The notes: generated by a model from the sequence alone, not told the origin. A DNA stretch of 64,000 nucleotides from an uncultured Candidatus Saccharibacteria bacterium (GCA_964629235.1 CAZVQB010000002.1:4339-68338), one strand, 5' to 3'. Positions 9,394 through 22,093 are shown, counted from the first letter of the stretch. Program-made: numbers and translations.

Positions 9394-10350
9394 CTATTTC
9401 ATTTTTAACCTAGATCCCGCACCGAATAATAATAACACAATAGCGATAGAGAAATGTGGTAAATGACCCATAAGCTCCACAGGTCCAAGCATTATCAAAG
9501 TAGATAATAGAAATACAGCTAGTGCTATTATAGTTGTCCTTGTAACAAGACCTAGTATAAGAAATAGTCCAAACAATGCTTCTGCAACACCAGCTGAGAA
9601 TGCAAACCAATAATCAGTAAACCAAGTAAAGCCGATATTATGCATGAAATTCCAATGATACAAACTCAAGAAATTCTCTGTTAGTGAAGGAGACATTATC
9701 TTTTCAGAAAAGCCAAGAATAAAGAGATTAAGTCCTGTACCAATTCTTAGTAGTGGTAATCCATAAGGATGGATTTTGTGTGTATATTCTTTGAATATTT
9801 CTGTATCGACTATTCTCCATTTTGGCCTTCCAACAATCATTGCAAATAGACTAAAACCGAGCATTTCGAATGTATCCATCATTTCCATAAAACCGTATTC
9901 CTTTATTCCAAGAATAAATAGAATCACAAGAAGTAAACCTCCAATTCTCTCATAATACCCTGCCAGTATCATTATTCCCGCTAGAGTTTGTATGATAATA
10001 AGCAATAGGGCTAACGGGCCATTTGCTATTAGATTCGGAGCAAAGATAAAACCGTTATACGAGAATATAAGGAAAGACAATCCAAAACCAATACTTGAAA
10101 TAGACATCACATACGGTGCCCACCTCTCTTCTATACGACGGAACCATGTTGGAATCTTTAGTTTTTTTTCTAGGATATAACCGATTATGAGGATTACAAT
10201 CACGGTTATAATAGCTATGATTACCGGAAGGTCTGTTAATTCATAAGGTCTTACTTCTTTTACCGGATGAGCAAACCATTTTACATGTGCTGAGACTAGA
10301 AAAGGAATTCCAAATAAAACCGAAACAATTGATAATATTTTTTTGTACAT
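9394..10350 (-). CDS. Integral membrane protein (DoxX-like, apparently duplicated 4-TM halves)
   Basis: The 318-aa ORF has about 8 hydrophobic helices and two similar halves. The call is tentative. Confidence 0.4.
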   Translation of the reverse strand: MYKKILSIVSVLFGIPFLVSAHVKWFAHPVKEVRPYELTDLPVIIAIITVIVILIIGYILEKKLKIPTWFRRIEERWAPYVMSISSIGFGLSFLIFSYNGFIFAPNLIANGPLALLLIIIQTLAGIMILAGYYERIGGLLLVILFILGIKEYGFMEMMDTFEMLGFSLFAMIVGRPKWRIVDTEIFKEYTHKIHPYGLPLLRIGTGLNLFILGFSEKIMSPSLTENFLSLYHWNFMHNIGFTWFTDYWFAFSAGVAEALFGLFLILGLVTRTTIIALAVFLLSTLIMLGPVELMGHLPHFSIAIVLLLFGAGSRLKMK

Positions 10351-10410
10351 ATATCAATTATACATTACAGAAATCGGTCTTTTTTATAAAAATGTGAAGA
10401 AATAGAGTGT

Positions 10411-10439
10411 TTGACAAATCACCTATTTTGGTGTATTAT
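10411..10439 (+). promoter_or_regulatory. Near-consensus sigma70-type promoter for 10542-11300
   Basis: TTGACA (10411-10416), a 17-nt spacer, then TATTAT (10434-10439). An approximately 100-nt leader follows. Confidence 0.55.
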
Positions 10440-10541
10440 ATGAGAAGAATAGCTGCCGAACTATTTTGAATATATGAAGTATCTCCTAGCTCATGAGGCT
10501 AGTAGATGGACACAATCCCATTATTCTAAAAGGCATTTGAA

Positions 10542-11300
10542 ATGATTAACATTCATATCGCAAAGAAATTACTCAACCAGGTCACACCCGAGATCAGGGA
10601 GCATTGGGAGAAGAAGAACAACGTTAGTTTGGCTGAATCAATCGCTGAAATCGAGTCCATCGAAAATGAGCGAATTCCGGACGAGGATCGAATTGTTACT
10701 TCCAGGAAGACTGTAAGAATCCTGATCTTAACTATTTTATCCTTGTTCTTGATTATGGTGATGTTGGCTTGCAACTATCACCATATTAAACCGGTATACC
10801 TGTACACACTGATTGCACTGATTTTTGTCACCATGATAGTGATCGCTTGCATTCAGATACGCGAGATCAACCTCAGGGACAAATTGTGGGATTACAAACA
10901 AGATCGGATAAACCAACAAGAAATCCTATCTGGTAAAGTGAACCAATTCTGGGACACTATCCTCAAGGTGTGTGAGCATAACGAACTCCCGGAAAACAGA
11001 CTCGTCGATGCAGAATATCTGAAAGATGTGTTGCATAGAGCGATCAAAGATTTGCTTTTAAAGCAAGCTGTGCTCAAGAGTCAACTTAATCCAAGTATGA
11101 ATATTACATTGGATAATCTCTCGATATCCGCAATGAACTTCACAAATGCAGATTTACACTTAGATAAACTATTGGACATCATCAAGGACAAACTAGGTGT
11201 AGATGTGAATAAGAAAGCACTGTTCAAAAAAGCCGAAGATGAGATGCGAATTACTTATCCAGGTCTCAGTCAGTATTTCAAGACAACAGAGGGTCAATAA
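10542..11300 (+). CDS. Hypothetical protein with one TM segment and a short pentapeptide-repeat-like stretch; compositionally atypical (GC about 40-48%)
   Basis: The ORF uses CTG/ATC/GAC/ACC codons that are uncommon in neighbouring genes. It has its own strong promoter and terminator. Confidence 0.5.
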   Translation: MINIHIAKKLLNQVTPEIREHWEKKNNVSLAESIAEIESIENERIPDEDRIVTSRKTVRILILTILSLFLIMVMLACNYHHIKPVYLYTLIALIFVTMIVIACIQIREINLRDKLWDYKQDRINQQEILSGKVNQFWDTILKVCEHNELPENRLVDAEYLKDVLHRAIKDLLLKQAVLKSQLNPSMNITLDNLSISAMNFTNADLHLDKLLDIIKDKLGVDVNKKALFKKAEDEMRITYPGLSQYFKTTEGQ

Positions 11301-11315
11301 ACACAACCCACTCAC

Positions 11316-11348
11316 AGCCACGATTTTGCAAAAATCGTGGCTTTTTTA
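11316..11348. terminator. Bidirectional rho-independent terminator shared by convergent genes
   Basis: AGCCACGATTTT-GC-AAAATCGTGGCT followed by TTTTTT. This is a 12-bp stem, and the complementary A-run serves the opposite strand. Confidence 0.65.
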
Positions 11349-12218
11349 TTACCAAGATCCACTTGAACCTCCTCCACCAGAACTTCCACCCCCAAACCCT
11401 CCGAAACCACCGGATGATCCTCCCTTTCCTCCTCCTATAAATAGTGGCCAAACACCTCCCCCTTTACTTGGTGGATGTTTTGAAACAATATAATCAAAGA
11501 TAAGACCAGCAATAGTAAGAGCTATTGTTGCAATTATGATTTTAAGTGTAAAACCAAAAGCTATACCAAGAGCAATACCAATAACAAAACCTATAACACC
11601 ACCAAGCCACCAAGATTTAGTTCTGCCAAGCAAACTTGAAAAGAAAATTATTGCTGTCCAGAATATAAAAATAATAAATTCAATAGATTTTCCATCTATT
11701 TTAGTATTACTAGGTTCATTTTTTATTGAATAATCAACATCACTTGTCACCACAGAAACAATAGCATTCGTTCCATCAGTTATTCCTTTTGGCAAATTCC
11801 CTGCTTTGAATTCTGGTAGAACTATTTTTTGAATAATTCCATTTGATTGTAGATCGGTTAATACACCTTCCAAACCGTAACCAACTTCTATTCTTACTTT
11901 TCTTTCATTTGGCGCGATCAGAAACAATACCCCATTATCCTTCTCTGAATTACCTATACCCCATTCTTTAAAAAGCTTTACAGCATAAGTTTCAATGGTC
12001 TCATTATCGAGTGAATTTATAGTCACAACCGCAACTTGTATTGTGGTTTTATTATTAAGATCGTTTAATTTTGATTCTATTTGGTCTTTATTTTCTTTAG
12101 ATAAAATATTTGCATAGTCATTTACAAAGCCCTGTGGTTTTCCAGGGCTTGTAAAAGCATTAGCGATAGTAATGCTAAATGCAAATATTATTGTTGCAAA
12201 TAAAGCAACCTTCTTCAT
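11349..12218 (-). CDS. TPM-domain (YgcG/TLP18.3-like) protein with a TM segment and a Gly-rich C-terminal tail
   Basis: A signal peptide is followed by the TPM motifs GFVNDYANILS, QVAVVTINSL and GVLFLIAPNERKVRIEVGYGLEG. A TM region comes next, then a GGGKGGSSGGFGGFGGGSSGGGG tail. Confidence 0.75.
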   Translation of the reverse strand: MKKVALFATIIFAFSITIANAFTSPGKPQGFVNDYANILSKENKDQIESKLNDLNNKTTIQVAVVTINSLDNETIETYAVKLFKEWGIGNSEKDNGVLFLIAPNERKVRIEVGYGLEGVLTDLQSNGIIQKIVLPEFKAGNLPKGITDGTNAIVSVVTSDVDYSIKNEPSNTKIDGKSIEFIIFIFWTAIIFFSSLLGRTKSWWLGGVIGFVIGIALGIAFGFTLKIIIATIALTIAGLIFDYIVSKHPPSKGGGVWPLFIGGGKGGSSGGFGGFGGGSSGGGGSSGSW

Positions 12219-12219
12219 T

Positions 12220-12777
12220 TTAGAATTTTACTTGTGGAGCTTGTTCAGCGCCCTTTACTGCTTCAAAGTATGATCTCTCTTTAAACCCGAATATTGATGC
12301 AATTATTGAACTTGGAACTTTCATTACTTTCAAATTGTATAGTTTTACAGAATCATTAAATCTCATTCTTTCAACACTAATACGATTCTCTGTACCTTCT
12401 AGTTGTGACATCATAGATTGTACTGTCTCTGAAGATTTCAGTGAAGGATAACTTTCAACTATAACTAAAAGTCTACTTAGAGCACTTTCGATCTGTCCTG
12501 CAGCAATAGCTTTATCATTTACATTTGAAGCTCCAGAATATCGTGTTCTTGCATCAGATATAGCAGTAAATACTACTTGTTCTTGTTTCATCACACCTTT
12601 TGCTGATTCTACAAGATTTGGAATAAGGTCAAAACGTCTTTGATAGTTTGTTTCTACTTGCTTCCATTGTGCGTCAGCATCTACATTTAACGTTACAAGA
12701 CTGTTATAAGTTACAGCTGTATATCCAGCTATTACTACAAGTATTGCAACTATAACAATAATTAATTTTTTATTCAT
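12220..12777 (-). CDS. lemA: LemA family protein
   Basis: An N-terminal TM segment is followed by YNSLVTLNVDADAQWKQVETNYQRRFDLIPNLVE, the LemA signature. It is adjacent to a TPM-domain gene, a conserved pairing. Confidence 0.8.
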   Translation of the reverse strand: MNKKLIIVIVAILVVIAGYTAVTYNSLVTLNVDADAQWKQVETNYQRRFDLIPNLVESAKGVMKQEQVVFTAISDARTRYSGASNVNDKAIAAGQIESALSRLLVIVESYPSLKSSETVQSMMSQLEGTENRISVERMRFNDSVKLYNLKVMKVPSSIIASIFGFKERSYFEAVKGAEQAPQVKF

Positions 12778-12802
12778 TTTTAATTTTATTAACTAGTAAA
12801 TA

Positions 12803-13486
12803 CTATTTCTTTGGGGAAGCCTTTGTCTCGTCTGTTCCAGCTGGACCTGTTACGAATTTGAATGTCTTTACCATATCTTTGAATTGTGTATCTGCTTCAT
12901 CAACTAGCTTTGTATTGTTTGTAGATACTAACTTTACATCATCACCCTTGAACCCTTTACTAGCTGGAGTTAGAACAATTGAAGAATATGTAAATAGGTA
13001 ACAAATCGAATTGTTTTGTAGTGAATACATTCTGTTAAAATAATTTCTACCCTGTACTGTATTTGAGATAGAAATCATGTTTAGAGTTAAATCACCGACT
13101 GTTAGATTCGATCTTTCTTTGACTGTTGTTACAGGTGGAAAAGCACACTTTCCAGACACGATATCAACTTTCACTTCCAATTTACCTATTGAATTCTTGT
13201 CTTTTGAAGCACTGACTGGAATAGCAAGAGTAAGGTTACTAGGAGCTTCTGACTTTTCCCATGCTGTTGGATATTTTACTGAAAATCCAAGTTCATCATT
13301 CTTATATTCAGAAAGTTTTGTAGATACTGGTATTGTCTGACTTGTAGGTACTGGAGGAGTATTCTCGGTTGTATTTTCACCACCTGAAACTACAGGAGAA
13401 GTTATACTTGGTCCATTAAACTTCCAAATAACTGCACCTGCTATAATAATTACTATAACGAAAGCTAATATTTTTTTCATATTCAC
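12803..13486 (-). CDS. Hypothetical secreted/anchored protein
   Basis: An N-terminal hydrophobic segment and a Pro/Thr-rich linker. No recognisable domain. Confidence 0.4.
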   Translation of the reverse strand: MNMKKILAFVIVIIIAGAVIWKFNGPSITSPVVSGGENTTENTPPVPTSQTIPVSTKLSEYKNDELGFSVKYPTAWEKSEAPSNLTLAIPVSASKDKNSIGKLEVKVDIVSGKCAFPPVTTVKERSNLTVGDLTLNMISISNTVQGRNYFNRMYSLQNNSICYLFTYSSIVLTPASKGFKGDDVKLVSTNNTKLVDEADTQFKDMVKTFKFVTGPAGTDETKASPKK

Positions 13487-13501
13487 ACATTATAACAGAT
13501 A

Positions 13502-15142
<1,641 letters not shown>

Positions 15143-15475
15143 TTATTTGATTATTGCTAATAATTCACTTTCTTTTACTATATAGTATTCTTCATCATTT
15201 ATTTTTACTTTATCTCCCCACTGAAACAGAACTTGATCACCTACTGATACAGATACAGGTACAAGTTTTCCATCCTCTATTCTACCTTGACCCACAGCCA
15301 CTACTTCTCCTCTTTTACCTCCTTTATCTTCATTTACAGTAACTGGAATAATAATTCCTGACGCTGTTTTATTTTCTTTATGCTTTGAATCTTCTTTTAT
15401 TAAAACTCTATCAGATAGAGGTATGATAACTGTTGAACTGTTATTTGTTTTCGTCTTTTTTGTATCTTTTATCAT
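15143..15475 (-). CDS. groS: Co-chaperonin GroES with an N-terminal extension
   Basis: The 110-aa ORF carries PLSDRVLIKE, GIIIP and GEVVAVGQGR. It lies 3 nt upstream of groL. Confidence 0.9.
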   Translation of the reverse strand: MIKDTKKTKTNNSSTVIIPLSDRVLIKEDSKHKENKTASGIIIPVTVNEDKGGKRGEVVAVGQGRIEDGKLVPVSVSVGDQVLFQWGDKVKINDEEYYIVKESELLAIIK

Positions 15476-15518
15476 AATGGAATTAAATTTTATAGTAACG
15501 AATGATCATAAGCAATAT

Positions 15519-15547
15519 TGCACGTTTAAACTGGCTATGCTATAGTG
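15519..15547 (+). promoter_or_regulatory. Putative sigma70-type promoter immediately upstream of secG (possibly a leaderless transcript)
   Basis: TTGCAC, a 17-nt spacer, then TATAGT. The -10 ends only about 7 nt before the ATG at 15555. Confidence 0.3.
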
Positions 15548-15554
15548 TTCCGTA

Positions 15555-15785
15555 ATGAAGACGATCGCCTCTATACTACCGTACATACAGATTGTACTTG
15601 CTGTAATACTTTTAACAGCAATACTTCTTCAAAGAACTGGAGCACAAATCGGTGGTGCTTTTGGTGGTAGTGACAATTTTAGTTCTGCATTCCACACAAG
15701 ACGAGGCTTCGAGAAACAACTCTTCATTGTAACAATTATAGTTGCAATACTCTTTGCAATTTCAGCGCTTTTGAGTCTTATTTAA
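15555..15785 (+). CDS. secG: Preprotein translocase subunit SecG
   Basis: The 76-aa ORF has two TM helices and the Gly-rich loop QRTGAQIGGAFGGSDNF typical of SecG. Confidence 0.75.
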   Translation: MKTIASILPYIQIVLAVILLTAILLQRTGAQIGGAFGGSDNFSSAFHTRRGFEKQLFIVTIIVAILFAISALLSLI

Positions 15786-15809
15786 CATTGTCTAAAATCT
15801 ATACACTAT

Positions 15810-17552
15810 ATGAAAGAGTTTCGCTTTAAGGGAAGTGAAAAATTTCTCGCTACTATTCATGCTTTTTCAGCCACAGAAAAGGTTGTCTTTGCTTTTTTTA
15901 CTTTGATTGCTTTAATTAGTGCACTCTCTTTGGCTTGGAAAGTCAACTCTTTATTTTTAATACCCATACCTGCCCACGGTGGTTCATTTTCTGAAGGAAT
16001 GATTGGTCTTCCAAGATCTATTAATCCTGTATTAGCTTTCACAGAGACAGACAAAAATCTTTCAAATCTTATTTATTCTGGTTTAATGAAATTTGATGGG
16101 GATGAAATAGTAAAGGATATTGCTGAAACATATACAGTATCAGAAGATGGTCTAGTTTATGATTTTAAAATCAAAGACAATATAAGATTTCACGATGGAA
16201 CGCAATTAACAACTGACGACATAGAATTTACTATACAAAAAATACAGGATAATGAGATAAAAAGTCCAAAATATGTTGATTGGGCAAGTGTAATAATCAA
16301 AAAAATTAGTCCTACTGAAATACAGTTTGTTTTGAGACAACCTTATGCCCCTTTTCTTTCAAATACTACTATTGGCATCATTCCTAAAAATATTTGGAAA
16401 AATCAAAGTCCAGAACAGTTTATTTTTAATCAAAAAAACCTTGAGCCTATAGGTTCTGGGCCATATAAAGTAAATAATATAGTAAAAGATAAAGCTGGCA
16501 CTCCAACCTCTTATAACCTTTCTTCATTTAATAAATATCATAATGGTGAACCTTTTATCTCAGACATAAATATAATCTTCTACCAAAATGAAGATATGGC
16601 TATTGATGCATTTAAGTCTGGAATAATAAATAACTTTGCGGGAATTTCTCCTCAAAAATCATATGAGATATCTTCATCAACTCAGAATGTAAACATAATT
16701 CACAATCCCCTTCCAAGAATTTTTGGTGTATTTTTTAATCAAAACAACTTACCAGTTTTAGCAAATAAAGAAGTGAGACAAGCCTTGAATATGGTGGTAG
16801 ATAAGGATGCTATTATCCAAAAAGCTCTTTATGGATATGCTGTAAGTATCAATAGTCCGATACCTCTTAATGAAGCGACAAGTACAATCAAGAAAGAAGA
16901 AATTGATATTGAAAAGAATATCCAATCAGCAAAAGATCTATTGTCGAAATCTGGTTGGGCAATAAATGAAAATGGGATTCTTGAGAAAAAAACAAAAACT
17001 ACAAAGCAAACACTAGAACTATCCATATCAACTGCTGATTCTACTGAATTGAAATTAATTGCTGAAATGGTAAAGAAAAGTTGGGAGGAACTAGGTGCAA
17101 AAGTTACAGTAAAAGTTTATGAATTCGGGGATCTTTCACAAAATATAATTAAGACTAGAAAATACGATACATTACTTTTTGGTGAAATAATAAATAAAGA
17201 TCTAGATTTATATGCATTCTGGCACTCATCACAAAGAAATTCTCCAGGATTGAATGTATCAATGTATGTTAATAGTAAAGCAGATAAAATATTAGAAGAC
17301 GCAAGAACATCATTTGATGAAAAAACAAAAGACAGTCTTTATAAGTCTTTTGAAGAAATAATAAAGGATGATGTACCAGCAATATTCCTTTACTCTCCAG
17401 AATATCTATATATGATGTCAAAAGAAATAAAAGGATATGATATGAAGACAATATCAAGTCCATCAGACAGATTCTCAGGTATAGACAAATGGTATATCAA
17501 GACGGACAAAGTATGGGAGATATTCGTAAAAGACACAGAAACAAATAAATAA
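15810..17552 (+). CDS. ABC-transporter substrate-binding protein, family 5 (OppA/DppA-like), membrane-anchored
   Basis: The 580-aa ORF has an N-terminal TM segment and overall SBP_bac_5 organisation (LVKFDGDEIVKDIAETYTVSEDG, RFHDGTQLTTDDIEFT). Confidence 0.7.
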   Translation: MKEFRFKGSEKFLATIHAFSATEKVVFAFFTLIALISALSLAWKVNSLFLIPIPAHGGSFSEGMIGLPRSINPVLAFTETDKNLSNLIYSGLMKFDGDEIVKDIAETYTVSEDGLVYDFKIKDNIRFHDGTQLTTDDIEFTIQKIQDNEIKSPKYVDWASVIIKKISPTEIQFVLRQPYAPFLSNTTIGIIPKNIWKNQSPEQFIFNQKNLEPIGSGPYKVNNIVKDKAGTPTSYNLSSFNKYHNGEPFISDINIIFYQNEDMAIDAFKSGIINNFAGISPQKSYEISSSTQNVNIIHNPLPRIFGVFFNQNNLPVLANKEVRQALNMVVDKDAIIQKALYGYAVSINSPIPLNEATSTIKKEEIDIEKNIQSAKDLLSKSGWAINENGILEKKTKTTKQTLELSISTADSTELKLIAEMVKKSWEELGAKVTVKVYEFGDLSQNIIKTRKYDTLLFGEIINKDLDLYAFWHSSQRNSPGLNVSMYVNSKADKILEDARTSFDEKTKDSLYKSFEEIIKDDVPAIFLYSPEYLYMMSKEIKGYDMKTISSPSDRFSGIDKWYIKTDKVWEIFVKDTETNK

Positions 17553-17560
17553 TTAATAAA

Positions 17561-19456
17561 ATGGAAAACACAAAAACAAATACAATAACAAATACGAATG
17601 TGAACACAAATACAACTGCAAACACGAACACACATGCAGGAACAAGCCATACCAGAGGTTCACATTCAAATCATGGACCGAGACGGCCTGTATCTAGATC
17701 ACATGGAATGAGACCAACTCGTCCACCTGATGCTACACAAATGCATAAAAAGGTTGAAGATACTGTCCCAGCTTTGGCACCAAACTCTATACGTATAATT
17801 CCGCTTGGAGGTGTAGAAGAGATCGGTAAAAACATGACCATGATCGAATATGGAAATGACATAATTGTTATTGATATTGGTTTTCAATTTAAAGACGAAA
17901 ACACTCCTGGAATCGATTATATCCTTCCAAACACCAAGTATCTTGAGGAGAGAAAGGATAAAATAAGAGCTGTGATAATAACTCACGGTCACCTAGACCA
18001 CATAGGTGGTATTCCTTATGTAATGCCAAGAATCGGTAATCCACCACTATATACAAGAATGCTTACATCAGTAATGGTTAAGAAGCGCCAGGAAGAATTT
18101 ACTCATGTTCCACCTCTAGACATAAAGATAGTAGAAAAAGATGAAACCATATCATTGGGTGCATTGAAGGTAAAATTCTTTGCTGTAACTCACACCATTC
18201 CAGACGCTATGGGAGTTGTTATACAAACTCCATTCGGTTCAGTTGTACATACTGGTGACCTAAAACTAGATCACGTAGAAGGAATACCAACTGAAGCAGA
18301 GGAAGCTGAATACGATAGAGTTTTTAAGAATGAAAAAGTATTACTTCTAATGGCTGATTCTACAAACGTAGAAAATCCTGGTTTTTCAATACCTGAAAAA
18401 ACTGTTCATAAAAATATTGAAGAAATAATAAAAAATACAAAGGGCAGATTGATTATTGCTACATTCGCTTCTCTACTAGAAAGAATGCTAAAGATTATAG
18501 AATTCTCAGAAAAATATGGAAAGAAAGTAGTTGTAGAAGGACGAAGTATGAAAACAAATATCGAGATTTGTATGAATCTTGGTCTTTTGAAACCTAAAAA
18601 AGATACCTTGATTACAGTTGAAGAAATAGATAACTTCCCTCCTGAGAGAATCGTAGTTCTAGCAACTGGTGCTCAAGGTGATGAATTCGCAGCAATGATG
18701 AGAATGTCTAATAAGACACATAAGTATATTAAAATAAATAAAAGAGATACTATCCTTCTTTCTTCATCTATCGTTCCAGGAAATGAAAGAGCAGTTCAAA
18801 AACTAAAAGACAATCTTTCAAGGCAAGGTGCTAGTATCATTCACTATAGAATTGCTGATGTTCACTCTTCAGGACATGCAAATCATGATGAAACAGCTTG
18901 GATACACAAGAAAATAAATGCCAAATTCTTCATACCAGTTCACGGTTATCACTATATGTTGAGAGTGCACGGTGAAATAGCGAAAGAAACCAATGGATTA
19001 ACTGAGGATCAAATAATAATTCCTGACAATGGATCAGTTATAGAAATACAAGATGGTGGAGCAAAAATAGTTAAAATAAAAGAAAAAGCACCGTCTGGTA
19101 TCGTTATGGTTGATGGATTCTCTGTTGGAGATATACAGGATGTTGTTATACGCGATAGACAAATGCTCGCTCAGGACGGAATTTTCATTGTCTTTGCAAT
19201 TATAAATTCTCAAACAGGTAAACTAAAGAAATCACCAGATATTATATCTAGAGGATTCGTTTATCTAAGAGAATCACAAGAACTTCTACATCACACAAGA
19301 ATAATAATTAAAAATACAATTGATGAATCTACAAAAGGAATGAATCCTATAAATATCGATTTCGTCAAAACAAGTATTAGTGACAATGTAAGTAAATTCT
19401 TACTCCAAAAGACTGCGAAAAGACCTATAGTTATCCCTGTATTACTGACTATTTAA
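17561..19456 (+). CDS. rnj: Ribonuclease J (metallo-beta-lactamase/beta-CASP RNase) with a ~75-aa low-complexity N-terminal extension
   Basis: It carries HGHLDHIGG, a beta-CASP region and RNase J C-terminal domain features. The N-terminus reads TNTITNTNVNTNTTANTNTHAGTSHTRGSHSNHGPRRP. Confidence 0.85.
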   Translation: MENTKTNTITNTNVNTNTTANTNTHAGTSHTRGSHSNHGPRRPVSRSHGMRPTRPPDATQMHKKVEDTVPALAPNSIRIIPLGGVEEIGKNMTMIEYGNDIIVIDIGFQFKDENTPGIDYILPNTKYLEERKDKIRAVIITHGHLDHIGGIPYVMPRIGNPPLYTRMLTSVMVKKRQEEFTHVPPLDIKIVEKDETISLGALKVKFFAVTHTIPDAMGVVIQTPFGSVVHTGDLKLDHVEGIPTEAEEAEYDRVFKNEKVLLLMADSTNVENPGFSIPEKTVHKNIEEIIKNTKGRLIIATFASLLERMLKIIEFSEKYGKKVVVEGRSMKTNIEICMNLGLLKPKKDTLITVEEIDNFPPERIVVLATGAQGDEFAAMMRMSNKTHKYIKINKRDTILLSSSIVPGNERAVQKLKDNLSRQGASIIHYRIADVHSSGHANHDETAWIHKKINAKFFIPVHGYHYMLRVHGEIAKETNGLTEDQIIIPDNGSVIEIQDGGAKIVKIKEKAPSGIVMVDGFSVGDIQDVVIRDRQMLAQDGIFIVFAIINSQTGKLKKSPDIISRGFVYLRESQELLHHTRIIIKNTIDESTKGMNPINIDFVKTSISDNVSKFLLQKTAKRPIVIPVLLTI

Positions 19457-19479
19457 ACTTGATGTTATAATTAACATCA

Positions 19480-20652
19480 ATGAAGCATCATCACAGTATA
19501 AAAAAAGCGAGTGCACTTTATAGTATAAGTGTAATCGCTTTTTTCCTTGCACTACATATCAGTATACCAGCATATTTCAATTCGAGTTTTCTATCTGCTA
19601 TTACAGACGATAAAACTGTAAGTATTGTTTATTTAATAATATCACTGACGACTATTGTAGGCCTATTATCGATGGATAGCATCCTGCATAGATTTGGAAA
19701 TCTAAATACCTCAATTGCCTTTATTCTTATTCAAATTTTTGTCTTCTATGGTTTGATTACATCGAATTCGGAAAATACCCTATTGTTCTTATTTATAATC
19801 GCTTCCAGTATGATTAGTTTAATCGGTTTTACTATTGATATTTTTTTACAAAAAAGTACTGATTTAGGTCATACAGGAGGTATACGAGGCATGGTAATGA
19901 CAGCTACAAACAGTGCTTGGATACTTGGACCGTTACTTGGAGGTATGTTGGTTATTGGCGATAATTATAGAGGTATATATATGGCAGGTTTTGCTCTTCT
20001 TTTTCCACTTATATACCTGATCCATAAAAATTTTAAAGATTTTAGAGACTCGCACTACGTACAGGTTTCAGCTAGACAAACATTCTTAAAAATTCTAAGA
20101 GATAAGGACATTAGTAAAATATTTATAATAAACATAGTATTACAGACTTTTTATGCTTGGATGGTGGTCTATACACCTATGTATCTTCATGAATATATAA
20201 AATTCGATTGGAGTGAAATAAGTGTAATCTTTACTATAATGCTAATACCATTTGTACTTGTTCAATTTCCTCTTGGTAAACTTGCAGATAAAAAATGGGG
20301 TGAAAAAGAATTATTAGCAATCGGTTTTACAATAATTGGTATAACAACAGCATCTTTGGTTTTTTTCGATACAAAAAATATCATGATTTGGTCAATTGCT
20401 CTTTTCTTAACACGTATTGGTGCTGCAACAGCAGAAATTATGATTGAAACTTATTTCTTCAAAAAAACAGATAAGAGAGATCCTGAAGTCTTGAGTATGT
20501 TTAGAATTACAAGACCCTTATCATATTTTATTGCACCTATTATTACTACTGTTGGTCTTTCATATACAACTCAGCCTTATTTATTCGTAATTCTTGGAAT
20601 TATATGCCTACTTACTCTTTATCCTATACTAAATATTAAAGATACGAATTAG
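19480..20652 (+). CDS. MFS-type transporter (12 TM)
   Basis: The 390-aa ORF has two 6-TM halves and a G-x-x-x-D/R-x-G-R-like loop (GKLADKKWGEK). Confidence 0.6.
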   Translation: MKHHHSIKKASALYSISVIAFFLALHISIPAYFNSSFLSAITDDKTVSIVYLIISLTTIVGLLSMDSILHRFGNLNTSIAFILIQIFVFYGLITSNSENTLLFLFIIASSMISLIGFTIDIFLQKSTDLGHTGGIRGMVMTATNSAWILGPLLGGMLVIGDNYRGIYMAGFALLFPLIYLIHKNFKDFRDSHYVQVSARQTFLKILRDKDISKIFIINIVLQTFYAWMVVYTPMYLHEYIKFDWSEISVIFTIMLIPFVLVQFPLGKLADKKWGEKELLAIGFTIIGITTASLVFFDTKNIMIWSIALFLTRIGAATAEIMIETYFFKKTDKRDPEVLSMFRITRPLSYFIAPIITTVGLSYTTQPYLFVILGIICLLTLYPILNIKDTN

Positions 20653-20675
20653 TACCTTAACTCTTTATTTTTATT

Positions 20676-20704
20676 TTGCTTTCCCACTCAAACTCATATA
20701 TAAT
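20676..20704 (+). promoter_or_regulatory. Putative sigma70 promoter of eno
   Basis: TTGCTT, a 17-nt spacer, then TATAAT (20699-20704), about 35 nt upstream of the eno ATG. Confidence 0.45.
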
Positions 20705-20723
20705 TTCGCTACAAAATTATTAA

Positions 20724-22031
<1,308 letters not shown>

Positions 22032-22054
22032 TTATTTAAGACAAATAGAATAAA

Positions 22055-22093
22055 AAATAACCTCCAGATCTAGAATTTGGAGGTTATTTTTAT
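22055..22093. terminator. Bidirectional rho-independent terminator after eno
   Basis: AAAAAATAACCTCCA-GATCTAGAAT-TTGGAGGTTATTTTTAT. This is an 8-bp stem with flanking A- and T-tracts. Confidence 0.7.

Noticed and set aside
11239-11493. Pro-rich 84-aa plus-strand ORF (PPPELPPPNPPKPP)
   Set aside because: It is the antisense reading of the Gly-rich tail of the TPM-domain gene. Its low complexity is an artefact of the GGN repeats.
15476-15554. Searched for a CIRCE (HrcA) operator upstream of groES
   Set aside because: No TTAGCACTC-N9-GAGTGCTAA-like inverted repeat is present. Only generic -35/-10 candidates were found.
17575-17640. Hexamer repeat tract considered as a CRISPR-like or satellite array
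   Set aside because: It is degenerate, in-frame coding sequence at the 5' end of rnj. There is no spacer/repeat periodicity of CRISPR size.
19457-19482. Hairpin TTGATGTTATAATTAACATCAA after rnj considered as a terminator
   Set aside because: It has no T-tract and overlaps the start codon of the next co-oriented gene. It is more likely a spacer structure within an operon.
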